From contig CBDBOV010000005.1 of assembly GCA_965208575.1 (NCBI GenBank), positions 352,001-416,000 on the forward strand: DNA of 64,000 nt, given 5' to 3'. Position numbers and translations under genes: made by a program. Position 1 is the stretch's first letter. The number at the start of each line of letters is the position of its first letter. The DNA is from Spirochaetia bacterium (GTDB lineage Bacteria; Spirochaetota; Spirochaetia; SZUA-6; Bin103). The notes beneath the pieces were generated by a model that worked only from the letters and a program-made list of their open reading frames with translations, was not told the DNA's origin and did not search any database. Shown piece after piece: positions 1 through 9,887 of this stretch.

Positions 1-1
1 C

Positions 2-1345
2 GAGTGCCTGGCGAGCGACGCGGGGCGCAACCTGATGACCCTGTTCTTCAGCCGCAACGTGCTGCGGCGCGAGCGGTTCGGGCTGGACGACGCGCAGCCG
101 AGGCCGCTGGCGCGGGCGGCGGTGCTGGGCGCCGGCGTGATGGGCGGCGGCATCGCCTGGGCGCTGAGCAACGCCGGCCTGCCGGTGGCGATGAAGGACG
201 TGGCCGCGGAACCGCTGCAGCACGGCACCGAGGCGGCGGCCCGCGTCTACCGCCGCCTGGTGGCGCGCGGCCGGCTGGCCGAGGCCGAGGCCGCGGACCG
301 GCAGCGTCTGATCACGCCCACCACCGCGTTCGGTGCGGAGTTCGCTTCGGTGGACCTCGTGGTGGAGGCGGTCAGCGAGGACGCGGAACTCAAGAAGCGC
401 GTGCTGGCGGAACTGGAGGAGCGGGTCGGGCCGGACACGGTGATCGCCACCAACACCTCGTCGCTGCCGCTGGAGCGGTTGGCGGCGGCGCTGCGGCGGC
501 CGGAGCGGTTTCTGGCCATGCACTTCTTCAACCCGGTCGACCGCATGCCGCTGGTCGAGATCGCCGCCGTCCCCGCGACCAGCGGCGTTGCGCTGGCCGG
601 CGCGGTGGAGCTGGCGCGGCGCCTGCGCAAGACCCCGGTCGTGGTGCGCAACCGGCCCGGATTCCTGGTCAACCGCATCCTCTTTCCCTACCTCATGGAG
701 GCGGCGCGTGTCTTGGAGGTTGGCGGCGACTGGCAGGCGCTGGATCGTGATCTGGTGGCGTGGGGGATGCCGATGGGGCCGTTCCGGCTGATGGATGAGA
801 TCGGCCTCGACGTGACGGTGAACATCGCCCGCTCGCTGGCCGCCTCCTTCGACGAGCGCATGGCTCCGCCGCCGTTCCTGCACCGGCTCGTGAAGCGGGG
901 AGCCGTGGGCCGCAAGGGGGGTGCGGGAACCGGTTTCTACCGCTACGCCGGCCGCGAAGCGGTACCCGACCAGGACTCCGTCACGGCCGCCGTGGCGCAG
1001 GCTGTCCCGCCGGCGGGGATGGCCGGCGCCGGTCAACCCGCCGAACGGCCCGACGGCGCAGACCGAGTAGCGCGCTGCCTCGTCATGCTGGTCAACGAGG
1101 CGGCACGCTGCCTGGAGGAACGGATCGTGGACCGTCCTCTGTACCTCGACTTGGCGCTGCTGCTCGGCATCGGCTTTCCCGATCACCGCGGCGGCGTGTT
1201 GCGCTACGCCGACCAGTACGGCTTGCCGCGGATGGTGGAACGGATGGAGGAGTTGCGCGAGCGGTACGGCGAGCGGTTCCGGCCCTGCACCGGGCTGAGC
1301 GAACGCGCCGCCGCGGGAACCACGTTCTACGGACCCGGCCGGTGA
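2..1345 (+). CDS. 3-hydroxyacyl-CoA dehydrogenase portion of a fatty-acid oxidation complex alpha subunit (FadB/FadJ-like), 5' partial
   Basis: Rossmann motif VLGAGVMGGGIA, plus VEAVSE, ATNTSSL, MHFFNP, PGFLVNRIL and GMPMGPF. The frame is open to the window edge. Confidence 0.9.
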   Translation, partial: ECLASDAGRNLMTLFFSRNVLRRERFGLDDAQPRPLARAAVLGAGVMGGGIAWALSNAGLPVAMKDVAAEPLQHGTEAAARVYRRLVARGRLAEAEAADRQRLITPTTAFGAEFASVDLVVEAVSEDAELKKRVLAELEERVGPDTVIATNTSSLPLERLAAALRRPERFLAMHFFNPVDRMPLVEIAAVPATSGVALAGAVELARRLRKTPVVVRNRPGFLVNRILFPYLMEAARVLEVGGDWQALDRDLVAWGMPMGPFRLMDEIGLDVTVNIARSLAASFDERMAPPPFLHRLVKRGAVGRKGGAGTGFYRYAGREAVPDQDSVTAAVAQAVPPAGMAGAGQPAERPDGADRVARCLVMLVNEAARCLEERIVDRPLYLDLALLLGIGFPDHRGGVLRYADQYGLPRMVERMEELRERYGERFRPCTGLSERAAAGTTFYGPGR

Positions 1346-1360
1346 CCGCACCCGGCAACG

Positions 1361-1426
1361 TGCACCGCAACGCGAAAGAAGGCGCCCCGAGCATGATCGA
1401 GGTCCGCGGCATGGAGCATTCGCCTG
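1361..1426 (+). repeat. Degenerate duplicate of the 5' end of the downstream CoxG-like gene
   Basis: gcatgatcgaggtccgcggcatggagcattcgcctg (1391) matches gcatgatcgagatccgcggcacggagcaattcgcctg (1681). Confidence 0.75.
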
Positions 1427-1682
1427 CGTGCCGCGAACCGGGGCGTGGCCAAGGCCCTCACGTCGGTCCTCCCGGCCACTACCCAGCGGCTCGACGGCCC
1501 CTGAACGGACCCGCGTGTGCCTTCAGCCATGCAGCCTCGCCATGGCGCCTGCCGGATCGCTACCGGCGCCTGTCAATCCAACGCAATGCCCGCTGGAATC
1601 CGCAACCGCCCGTGCTGCTCTTGGAACAAATTGCAAGTAGTGGTTTCAATATGTACGCCACGGCAGGGGAGGCGCAGCGAGC

Positions 1683-2129
1683 ATGATCGAGATCCGCGGC
1701 ACGGAGCAATTCGCCTGTGACCGCGATCGGGTGCGCGCCGCTCTGGGCGACCTGGAACAGGTGGCGGCGGCGCTGCCCGGACTGTCCCGCATCGAACGCA
1801 GCGGCGGCGATTCCCTGGTGTGCCGGGTGCGGCCCGGTCTGACATTTCTCAGCGGCTCCCTGCGCACCACGATCACGCGCCGGGAGGAGGCGCACAAGGA
1901 GGCGCTGGGCTACCGGATCGACAGCAGGGGCATTGGCGCCGGCGCGGTCGCGAATGCGCACATCCGCTGCCTGCCTGACGGCGAGCGCCGCAGCCGGGTG
2001 GAATGGCAGGTGCAGGTGGAGGAGCTGAGCGGCCTGCTGAAGCCGGTCGGCGCAAGCCTGGTCGAGGCGGCGATGGGGAGGGTGGCCGCGGCTACCTGGG
2101 AGGGGCTGCACGCCCGGCTCGGCGCCTGA
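1683..2129 (+). CDS. CoxG/SRPBCC (START-like) family protein
   Basis: 148 aa with a CoxG-like pattern (LGDLEQVAAALPG ... LSGLLKPVG). Confidence 0.75.
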   Translation: MIEIRGTEQFACDRDRVRAALGDLEQVAAALPGLSRIERSGGDSLVCRVRPGLTFLSGSLRTTITRREEAHKEALGYRIDSRGIGAGAVANAHIRCLPDGERRSRVEWQVQVEELSGLLKPVGASLVEAAMGRVAAATWEGLHARLGA

Positions 2130-2182
2130 CGCTGGCGCTTGCGAGCCACCACAGCCGAGGAACAGCAATCAGGAGTGAACCA

Positions 2183-2587
2183 ATGCCATCGAAAGAAGAA
2201 ATCCGATTGGCCAGGGAGCGGGCGATCCCCGTGCTCGACGCATGGATGGTCGCGTTCAACGCGCTCGACCTGGAGGCCTGGAAGGCCACCATGCAATATC
2301 CGCACTACCGTCTTGCGTCCGGTGCGATGCACACATGGGAAGATGCGGACATGGACGGCGCCTACCTGGCGCGCGTGCGGGCAGGACTGGGTGCAATCAA
2401 GTGGCATCACAGCGTTTGGACGCGGCGTGAGATCGTGCACTGCTCCGACCGGAAGATCCACCTCGACACCCAGTTCACCAGGTATCGGGAAGATGGATCG
2501 GTCATCGCGGTGCACGACTCGCTCTATGTCCTCACCTGGGAAAACGACAAGTGGGGCGTCAAGCTGCGCTCCAGCTTCGCCAGATAG
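2183..2587 (+). CDS. NTF2/SnoaL-like hypothetical protein
   Basis: SD aggag before ATG 2183. Motifs AFNALD, YPHYRL, FTRYREDG, SLYVLT..W.VKLRSS. Confidence 0.7.
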   Translation: MPSKEEIRLARERAIPVLDAWMVAFNALDLEAWKATMQYPHYRLASGAMHTWEDADMDGAYLARVRAGLGAIKWHHSVWTRREIVHCSDRKIHLDTQFTRYREDGSVIAVHDSLYVLTWENDKWGVKLRSSFAR

Positions 2588-2715
2588 ATTCGCCGGGCGA
2601 GGCAACCGCGCGGCAACGACGTCGTCGAGCGCGGATCGCTCCCGGATCGCCGCGTCCGGTTGACCGGCGGCCGCGACGGCGGTCAGAATGGCACTCAGGG
2701 GGTGAGGCTGCTACC

Positions 2716-3723
2716 ATGCGCTACCGTCTTGAGGACCTAGGCAAGGGCGTGACCGTGCCTTGCATCGACCTGGACCTGACCGGCTCTCCGGATGCGCCGG
2801 CGCGGCGCGAATTGGCGGCCGACATCTACGAGGTGGTGGACCGGGAGGGCGGGCTGCTGATCCGCGAGACCGGCATCGGCAATACCGGCGGGTACGGTGC
2901 GTTCCTGGCCTCCATCGACTTCCACCACCACTCCTACGTCGGCGGCACCACTCCCAGGAGCGAGCGCGGCAACGGCGTGTATACCGCCACCGAGCTGCCG
3001 CCGGCGGTCACGCTGCACAGCCACCAGGAGATGTCCTACCTCGACTCGGTGCCCGACTACGTCTCCTTCTACTGCGAGCGCCCGCCGGACCGCGGGCAGA
3101 AGACCAACCTGTTCGTCGACATGCGCGCCTTTGACGCGCACCTGCCGGAGGAGTTCAAGGCGCGCTACCGCGGCCGCCGGGCACGCCTGCAGCGCACGCT
3201 GGCCAGCAACGATCCCGGTCCAACGGTACCCGGCAGGAAGTACTGGCAGGAATCACTCGGCACCACCGACCGCGGCGAGGCGCAGGCAATCGCGGACGAA
3301 CACGGCTGGCACCTCACCTGGAAGGCTGACGGGTCGCTGGTAATCCGGCAGGAGCCGGCCCGGTTCTTTCGTCCGCATCCCATTCACGGCGAGTTGTGGT
3401 GCACCCAGGCGATGCTCATCAATCCGGTCACCCGCTTGCGCGACGCGCAGCGGGATGGCCGCCACGAGGACGCGGCCGGGGTCGAACGGCAGCGCGCCGC
3501 CGACCCGGACAGCCTCGACCAGATGTTCCTGGAGGACGGCAGCCGCATCCCGGACGCCGACGTGCACCTGTGGTTCGACCTGATGATGGAACACGAGACC
3601 CGATTCGCGCTGCAGCGCGGCGACGTGCTGGTCCTGGACAACATGCTCATCGGCCACGGGCGCAGCTCCTTCGAGGGACCGCGCCGGATGTTCGCCGCGC
3701 TCGGCAGCCGCCGGGCCGCCTGA
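2716..3723 (+). CDS. TauD/TfdA family Fe(II)/2-oxoglutarate dioxygenase (SyrP-like)
   Basis: LHSHQEMSY (HxE) and GDVLVLDNMLIGHGR motifs. Confidence 0.85.
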   Translation: MRYRLEDLGKGVTVPCIDLDLTGSPDAPARRELAADIYEVVDREGGLLIRETGIGNTGGYGAFLASIDFHHHSYVGGTTPRSERGNGVYTATELPPAVTLHSHQEMSYLDSVPDYVSFYCERPPDRGQKTNLFVDMRAFDAHLPEEFKARYRGRRARLQRTLASNDPGPTVPGRKYWQESLGTTDRGEAQAIADEHGWHLTWKADGSLVIRQEPARFFRPHPIHGELWCTQAMLINPVTRLRDAQRDGRHEDAAGVERQRAADPDSLDQMFLEDGSRIPDADVHLWFDLMMEHETRFALQRGDVLVLDNMLIGHGRSSFEGPRRMFAALGSRRAA

Positions 3724-3753
3724 CCCCTGGGCGCTACGCTCGCGGCGACACGG

Positions 3754-5166
3754 TCAAGTTACGCCGGCTGGAGCGTTGTGCGGCTGGGCGAGCAGGTCTT
3801 CGAGGAAGCACATGGTCTTCAGGACGCCAACGTCGTCGCGCTGGTTGCCGATGATCTGCAGGCCGACCGGCAGGCCGAGTCCGGTCTTGCCGACGCACAC
3901 GGTACCCGCCGGGTTGCGCGTCATGTTGATGCCGTACGTGAAAGCAACCCAGCCGTCGGTCTGTGTGCCGTTGATCGTGCCGGAGGCGGAACCGGCCTTG
4001 GGAGTCTGGCCGCACGTGGTCGGCGTGAGGATGAAGTCTCCCGCCTGGAACGCGTCGACCAGCCCGGCGTTCAGATAGTGGCAGGCATCGACCGCGCGGG
4101 CGTAGTCGACTCCGCTGACGTTGTCCATGCCGTGCTCGATCTGCGGCCTGAGCCCCTCGTCGATCTGCTCCCATTGCGGTGTGCCGCGCAGGTCACCCTG
4201 AGCCCGCGCCCGCGATGCGGACCAGAACTGGTACCATGGTCCGCGCGGGTCCTCTTCCCAGATCGTCTCCCGCAAGACTACGTCGACACCTGCACCGCGG
4301 AGGGCCGCGATGGCCGCTTCGCAATGTTGCATGATCTCCGAGTCGACCGTGGCGAATCCCATCGTCGGCGACCAGACGACGCGCCGCGGCCTGTTGTGCC
4401 GGTTCAATGCGGCACGCCAGGACTCGGCCGGCCGGGGCATCGAAAAGATGTCGGTCGGTTCATGCTCCAGGACGGCATCCAGCGCATAGGCGACGTCGCG
4501 AACGCGAAGCGCCATCGGACCCTTCAAGCTCAGGATGCCCGATCCGGGTGGGGAGGTGCCACCGGCCGGCACCCGCCCCTGGCTTGCCTTGATGCCGCTG
4601 AATCCGCACACCGACGCAGGAATGCGAATGGAACCTCCGCCATCCGATCCGGTGCCGAGCGGAATCATGCCCGAAGCGAGCGCCGCCGCCGTGCCACCGG
4701 ATGACCCTCCCGGGCTGTAATCCAGGTTCCAGGGATTGCGCGTCGCCCCGAATGGCCGGTTGTCGGTCACTCCCTTGTAACCGAACTCGGGCGTGTTCGT
4801 CTTGCCCAGGATCACGCAACCAGCCTTGCGCAGCAACGCGACCAGCACCGAGTCGTGTTGTGCGGGTGCATCGCCGGCGTGCAGTTCGGAGCCGTAGGTC
4901 GTGACGAATCCACGCGCATCCTCGAGATCCTTGACGCCTATCGGAATGCCGGCCAGCGGCCCTACCGGATCGCCTTGCCTCAGGCGCGCATCGATGGCGT
5001 CGGCCTGCGCCAGGGCATCCTCGAAGTTCACCGCGCAAAACGCGTTCAGCCGCGGGTTCAACGACTCGATGTTGTCGATCGCCGCTTGCGTCAGGTCACG
5101 TGCTGACACCCGCCGCGCAAACACGGCCCCGACCAGCTCCTCAACCGTCGTTTCACGAAAGTCCAT
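3754..5166 (-). CDS. Amidase (amidase signature family)
   Basis: GIPIGVKDL, PGGSSGG and GSDGGGSIRIPAS motifs. Confidence 0.92.
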   Translation of the reverse strand: MDFRETTVEELVGAVFARRVSARDLTQAAIDNIESLNPRLNAFCAVNFEDALAQADAIDARLRQGDPVGPLAGIPIGVKDLEDARGFVTTYGSELHAGDAPAQHDSVLVALLRKAGCVILGKTNTPEFGYKGVTDNRPFGATRNPWNLDYSPGGSSGGTAAALASGMIPLGTGSDGGGSIRIPASVCGFSGIKASQGRVPAGGTSPPGSGILSLKGPMALRVRDVAYALDAVLEHEPTDIFSMPRPAESWRAALNRHNRPRRVVWSPTMGFATVDSEIMQHCEAAIAALRGAGVDVVLRETIWEEDPRGPWYQFWSASRARAQGDLRGTPQWEQIDEGLRPQIEHGMDNVSGVDYARAVDACHYLNAGLVDAFQAGDFILTPTTCGQTPKAGSASGTINGTQTDGWVAFTYGINMTRNPAGTVCVGKTGLGLPVGLQIIGNQRDDVGVLKTMCFLEDLLAQPHNAPAGVT

Positions 5167-5518
5167 GCCGAAGCAGCCTCCGGCTTCCGCGCGGACCTGT
5201 CAACACACGCGGCGGTTACTTCGAGACGGAGAATGCGCACGGCAATACCACCGTGGTGGTGCTCGCGGTTTCGTTCGCCTACATGAGGCAGCGGGCGAGG
5301 TCAGCCGCCGTGACCGTGCGATCGGCGCAGCGCGGCAAGGAAATCGGCCTCGTCCGCGCAGCCGAGCGCCGCCGCCAGCAGCGCTTGGCGTAGCCCATCT
5401 CGCGCGGACATGCAAACCGGACGTTCCAGATCCACAGAGCCGGGAACGATCGCATAAGCGTGAGATTGACAGTGTGCGGCGGGCATTGCAAAGTAATGTG
5501 ATCAGGGATTCTTGCCGC

Positions 5519-5611
5519 ATGCCGACCACCCTCGACCATAGCATTCAGCGCAGGCACCGGTTGACGCAGATGTCCCCCCCCCCGGCAACTCTTTATATGA
5601 CAAACCATTAA
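5519..5611 (+). CDS. Putative leader peptide (uORF E), MPTTLDHSIQRRHRLTQMSPPPATLYMTNH
   Basis: Follows TTGACA (5466-5471). Contains CACCGGTTGAC and C10 (5574-5583), as in the leaders of the other SBP loci. Confidence 0.45.
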   Translation: MPTTLDHSIQRRHRLTQMSPPPATLYMTNH

Positions 5612-5892
5612 CCGCTTCCGCTGATCGCCGCGTACGCGACCCCGAGCACGCCGTCGCCTTCACCACCGCCGTACCTGTCGGTGGCGCCGGCTACGGAATA
5701 CGGCGGTGCAAGGTGGTACTCAAAGAACCGCACGCGCGCGCGGCGTGAGCCCGGGTGAACCCGGTGAGTCACACGCCGCGCGCTTGCAGAGACTTGACTC
5801 AGACTGGCGGCCCGCGTTGCGGGTGCGAGAGTAGCCAGGGTAGCGGTAAGTCGCTCCGCAATACTCCAAGAGATCTACATACGGAGCAGCGT

Positions 5893-7689
5893 ATGAATAT
5901 TGCACAAATCACCAGGGCCTTCGCGGTTGCGCTGGTCGTGGTCCTGACCGCAACCGGCCTGTGGGCCACTGGCACGGAAGAGGCACCGGCAGCGGCCGCC
6001 GACAAGGAGTATGTGACCGATCCCACCACCGGCAAGGTGGTGGTGGCGCCACAGTACGGCGGGACAATTACCTTCGTCGACAACGGTTCCGCGGGTACGG
6101 TCACCGACTACTACGTGAGTGGGGCTGGCCCAAAGAACGTCCAGCTCTTCATGGAGAAGCTGGGTATTGCGAACTGGGCGATAGATCGGGACGTATGGCC
6201 CTATAACACACAGCACATCCCGGACTTTGCCTTGTCAGGGCGGCTGGCCGAAAGCTGGGAGCAACCCGACCTGGACACCATTATCTTCAAAATCCGGCAG
6301 GGCGTGCACTGGCATGACAAGCCACCGATGAACGGTCGGGAGTTGACCGCCGCGGACGTCGAATGGAGCTTTCATCGCCTGCTGGGACTGGGCAGCGGCT
6401 TCACCGAGCCCGCCCCAACGGTCTGGGCTCTGCCCCAATTCAGAACCAAGTCGGTAACCGCCACCGACCAGTATACGGTTGTCTTTGAGCTGGAGCCACC
6501 AGCCCCCTGGGCACTGAATCGGATCCTCCGTGGAGATAACACCGCCATACTGCCGCGCGAGGTAATCGAGCAATACGGCGACTATAATGATTGGCGGAAC
6601 GTGGTCGGCACCGGGCCCTTCATGTTGACTGACCACGTCGAGGGCACCTCCTGGACCTACGTCAAGAATCCCGACTACTGGGGATATGACGAAAAATACC
6701 CGGAGAACCGGCTGCCCTATGTTGACGAGATACAACGCCTGATATCGAAGGAACAAGCCACCATTCTGGCGATGATGAGAACGGGAAAGGCTGATTACAT
6801 CGGTTACGGCGGCGACACGCAGATTACTTCAATCGATGCGGCAACGAGCCTGCAGGAGACCAACCCGGACCTGAACCTGTGGCCATACTCATACCGTGCG
6901 GAGACGGCTATGGCCTTCAACACGCAGATATCGCCCTGGAACGACATCAGGGTACGCCGCGCAATACAGATGGCAATCGACCTTGAGACGATTAACCGGA
7001 CCTATCACCAGGGTTGGGCAAATCCGGCCGCTGCAGCGGCTCTAGGGGACGCCATGGTCGGGTATGTCACCCCATTTGAAGAGTGGCCCGACGATCTCAA
7101 GGGATACTATACCTATGACCCGGAACGGGCAGAAGCTTTGCTTGACGAGGCTGGATATCCGCGCGGCGCCGACGGCATTCGATTCGAAACAGTCTACGGT
7201 CACTTGGATCGCGGCGACTTCGATCTGGACTATTTCCAGATCGTCATGGAATACTTGCGTGCCATTGGTATTGATATAGAGGTGGAGAAACTTCCGGTAG
7301 CGCAGTGGGGGTCTTATATTAATAACCATCTGGGGGAAGGTCTGTTTCTTGCCGTACACAACGCCGACTACATAACCGCAATAGACGTTTTTTACTCGAC
7401 CAATGGATGGAACCCATCCAACGTCAACGACCCGGTTTTTGACGCCACAATGGACGCCTTCCGAGCCGCTACTGCAACCGAGGAGCAGCAGAGGCTGGTG
7501 CGGGAAGCAGTTATGCGCATAGCGGAGCAGCACTGGACCATAGCGGGACCGAGAGTTCCAAGTTTCATCGTCACCCAACCCTGGCTGGTGGGTTACAGCG
7601 GTGAAGTCGAGCTGGGGGAAATGGACCGTGCGATCATACTTTCCCGCCTCTGGATCGACCAGGACCTGAAGGCGGAAATGGGCTCGTGA
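5893..7689 (+). CDS. ABC transporter substrate-binding protein, family 5 (DppA/OppA-like), locus E
   Basis: Signal peptide ending LWA. Motifs LAESWE, IRQGVHWH, VGTGPF, VRRAIQMAID and C-terminal WIDQDLK. Confidence 0.92.
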   Translation: MNIAQITRAFAVALVVVLTATGLWATGTEEAPAAAADKEYVTDPTTGKVVVAPQYGGTITFVDNGSAGTVTDYYVSGAGPKNVQLFMEKLGIANWAIDRDVWPYNTQHIPDFALSGRLAESWEQPDLDTIIFKIRQGVHWHDKPPMNGRELTAADVEWSFHRLLGLGSGFTEPAPTVWALPQFRTKSVTATDQYTVVFELEPPAPWALNRILRGDNTAILPREVIEQYGDYNDWRNVVGTGPFMLTDHVEGTSWTYVKNPDYWGYDEKYPENRLPYVDEIQRLISKEQATILAMMRTGKADYIGYGGDTQITSIDAATSLQETNPDLNLWPYSYRAETAMAFNTQISPWNDIRVRRAIQMAIDLETINRTYHQGWANPAAAAALGDAMVGYVTPFEEWPDDLKGYYTYDPERAEALLDEAGYPRGADGIRFETVYGHLDRGDFDLDYFQIVMEYLRAIGIDIEVEKLPVAQWGSYINNHLGEGLFLAVHNADYITAIDVFYSTNGWNPSNVNDPVFDATMDAFRAATATEEQQRLVREAVMRIAEQHWTIAGPRVPSFIVTQPWLVGYSGEVELGEMDRAIILSRLWIDQDLKAEMGS

Positions 7690-7712
7690 GGAACTCGTTG
7701 TAGACGATCCGC

Positions 7713-7795
7713 AGTGGACTCCGCCTTTTTGGGCGGGGTCCACGAATCCCACGAGACTCACGGAGGGGCCGGGAGCGTTGCGCTCTCCGGCTCCC
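7713..7795 (+). other. Intercistronic hairpins between SBP and permease
   Basis: gtggactccgcc/ggcggggtccac and gccgggagcg/cgctctccggc inverted repeats. Confidence 0.55.
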
Positions 7796-7810
7796 ATTTA
7801 GTACGAGGAT

Positions 7811-8767
7811 ATGAGAGCCTACATCATCCGACGGCTGCTGCTGGTCATCCCCACGCTACTCATATTGAGCATCCTGGTCTTTCTCTCGGTCCGCTTCATC
7901 CCCGGCGATGTAATAGATGCGATGTTTGGTGACCTGCAATACATGAGTGTGGGTATCGACCGTGCAGCGTTCGAGCGCCGGCTGGGACTGGACGTGCCGG
8001 TCTACGTGCAGTACGGACGCTGGATAGGGGGTGTTTTCCTGCACGGCACGCTTGGCGAATCGATGATGTACGGTTGGCCGGTAGAGGAGAAGTTGCTCGG
8101 CAGATTGCCGTTGACCATGCAGCTTGGCGTCATGGCAATCGTAGTGGGGCTGTTGATCGCCCTCCCCGTCGGCATCTACTCGGCGATTCGCCAGGATACC
8201 GCCGCCGACTACCTGGGGCGCTCCATCGCCATCGTTGGCCTGGCTACGCCGAACTTCTGGCTGGGACTCATGGTCATGCTGTTCCCGGCACTCTGGTGGG
8301 GCTGGTCGCCACCGGTACAGTGGGTTCCGTTCGCCGAAGACCCGCTGGGGAACCTGGGGGTGCTCCTCATTCCCAGCCTGATTCTGGGAACGGCATCGGC
8401 TGCAGCCACCATGCGGATGACGCGCACCATGATGCTGGAGGTGCTGCGGCAGGACTACATACGGACGGCCTGGTCCAAGGGTCTGAGGGAGCGGGTCGTC
8501 GTCATGCGGCACGCCATCAAGAATGCCCTCATCCCGGTTGTCACGCTGATCGGTCTGCAGTTGCCGATCCTGGTGGGGGGCGCGGTTATCATGGAGAACA
8601 TATTCAACCTGCCGGGGCTCGGTCGTCTCATGGTGCTTGCACTCGAGCAGAGAGACTACCCGGTGGTGTCCGGAGTAAACCTGTTATTCGGCACCGCGGT
8701 GGTGCTGTTCAATCTCCTGATCGACCTGTTCTACCCTTTCCTGGATCCAAGAGTCCGCTATCAATGA
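7811..8767 (+). CDS. Peptide/nickel ABC permease (DppB-like)
   Basis: MRAYIIRRLL, QDYIRTAWSKGL and IFNLPGLGRL motifs. Confidence 0.93.
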   Translation: MRAYIIRRLLLVIPTLLILSILVFLSVRFIPGDVIDAMFGDLQYMSVGIDRAAFERRLGLDVPVYVQYGRWIGGVFLHGTLGESMMYGWPVEEKLLGRLPLTMQLGVMAIVVGLLIALPVGIYSAIRQDTAADYLGRSIAIVGLATPNFWLGLMVMLFPALWWGWSPPVQWVPFAEDPLGNLGVLLIPSLILGTASAAATMRMTRTMMLEVLRQDYIRTAWSKGLRERVVVMRHAIKNALIPVVTLIGLQLPILVGGAVIMENIFNLPGLGRLMVLALEQRDYPVVSGVNLLFGTAVVLFNLLIDLFYPFLDPRVRYQ

Positions 8768-8783
8768 GAGACAAGGAGCGATC

Positions 8784-9716
8784 ATGAGTAACGCTTCCGG
8801 TACGCGGACAACGGCACGCGCGCCGAGGAGACATACCGGTCTGGGCGATTTCTTCATCAGGCTGTGGACAGAGAAGCCGCTCGGCAGTGCGTGCGGGATT
8901 ATCGTATTGCTGTTGATTGTGGTGGCCGTCTTCGCCGATGTTCTGGCCCCCTATGGCTATACGGAAATACACCTGGCGGACAGGCTGCAGGGCGCATCGG
9001 CACGGTATCTGCTGGGTACCGACCAGTTGGGGCGAGACTACCTGAGCCGCCTCATCTACGGGGCTCGTCTTTCGATGCTCGTCGGGCTGTCCGCGACCAC
9101 GCTCAATGTCGTCGTCGCGGTCCTCGTCGGCGGCATTTCCGGATTCCTCGGTGGTAAGCTGGACCTGGGTGTGCAGAGATTCGTCGATGCCTGGATGGCT
9201 TTTCCGGGCCTGCTCCTGCTGCTGACCATCATGTCCATATTGGGGCAGGGTGTGCCCCAGATGATCCTGGTCCTGGGAATATCAGGAGGCATCGGTGGCT
9301 CGAGAGTAGTCAGAGGCGCCGTCATCACCGTAAAGGAGAATGACTATTTTCAGGCGGCGGCGTCGATTGGCTCGGCAAAATGGAGAGCATTTGCGCGCCA
9401 CGTTCTGCCCAATATCGGGGCGCCGCTGATCATCATCTTCAGCATCAACATCGGCGGGGCGATCATGAGTGAGGCTTCGCTGAGCTTCCTCGGATTCGGT
9501 CTGCCTCCCGAGTTTCCCAGTTGGGGTACTCTGCTCAGTTGGGAAGGCCGGCGCTACATGGAGCAGGCGCCATGGCTCGCCCTGTGGCCGGGTCTCTGCC
9601 TGACCCTCGTGGTGTACAGTCTGAACATGTTCGGCGATGCCATGCGCGACCTGCTCGACCCGCGGCTCAGGGGCGGCGGCGGGCGGCTGGGCGCCAACGC
9701 CGCCACGCCGGTTTAG
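8784..9716 (+). CDS. Peptide/nickel ABC permease (DppC-like)
   Basis: LLGTDQLGRD, RHVLPN, EASLSFLGFG and GDAMRDLLDPR motifs. Confidence 0.93.
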   Translation: MSNASGTRTTARAPRRHTGLGDFFIRLWTEKPLGSACGIIVLLLIVVAVFADVLAPYGYTEIHLADRLQGASARYLLGTDQLGRDYLSRLIYGARLSMLVGLSATTLNVVVAVLVGGISGFLGGKLDLGVQRFVDAWMAFPGLLLLLTIMSILGQGVPQMILVLGISGGIGGSRVVRGAVITVKENDYFQAAASIGSAKWRAFARHVLPNIGAPLIIIFSINIGGAIMSEASLSFLGFGLPPEFPSWGTLLSWEGRRYMEQAPWLALWPGLCLTLVVYSLNMFGDAMRDLLDPRLRGGGGRLGANAATPV

Positions 9717-9717
9717 A

Positions 9718-9757
9718 CCCGCCGGACCGCGGGCAGAAGACCAACCTGTTCGTCGAC
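9718..9757 (+). repeat. 40-bp exact direct repeat of 3081-3120 (internal to the TauD-like gene)
   Basis: cccgccggaccgcgggcagaagaccaacctgttcgtcgac occurs at both positions. Confidence 0.9.
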
Positions 9758-9887
9758 GGCCGAAGTGCAGGAACTTCTCGGCTTGGTGCGCGCCCAAGTC
9801 GCAGATGATCCCGCCTTACCGCTTCCTTGCGAAGGGCCCACCTACAGGTTTCCGTCTGCGCGCCGGCGTCGCGATCAATCAAGTGGG

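Noticed and set aside
5301-5410. Minus-strand stretch RQALLAAALGCADEADFLAAL, a possible gene tail
   Set aside because: Too short to assign to a family without a search.
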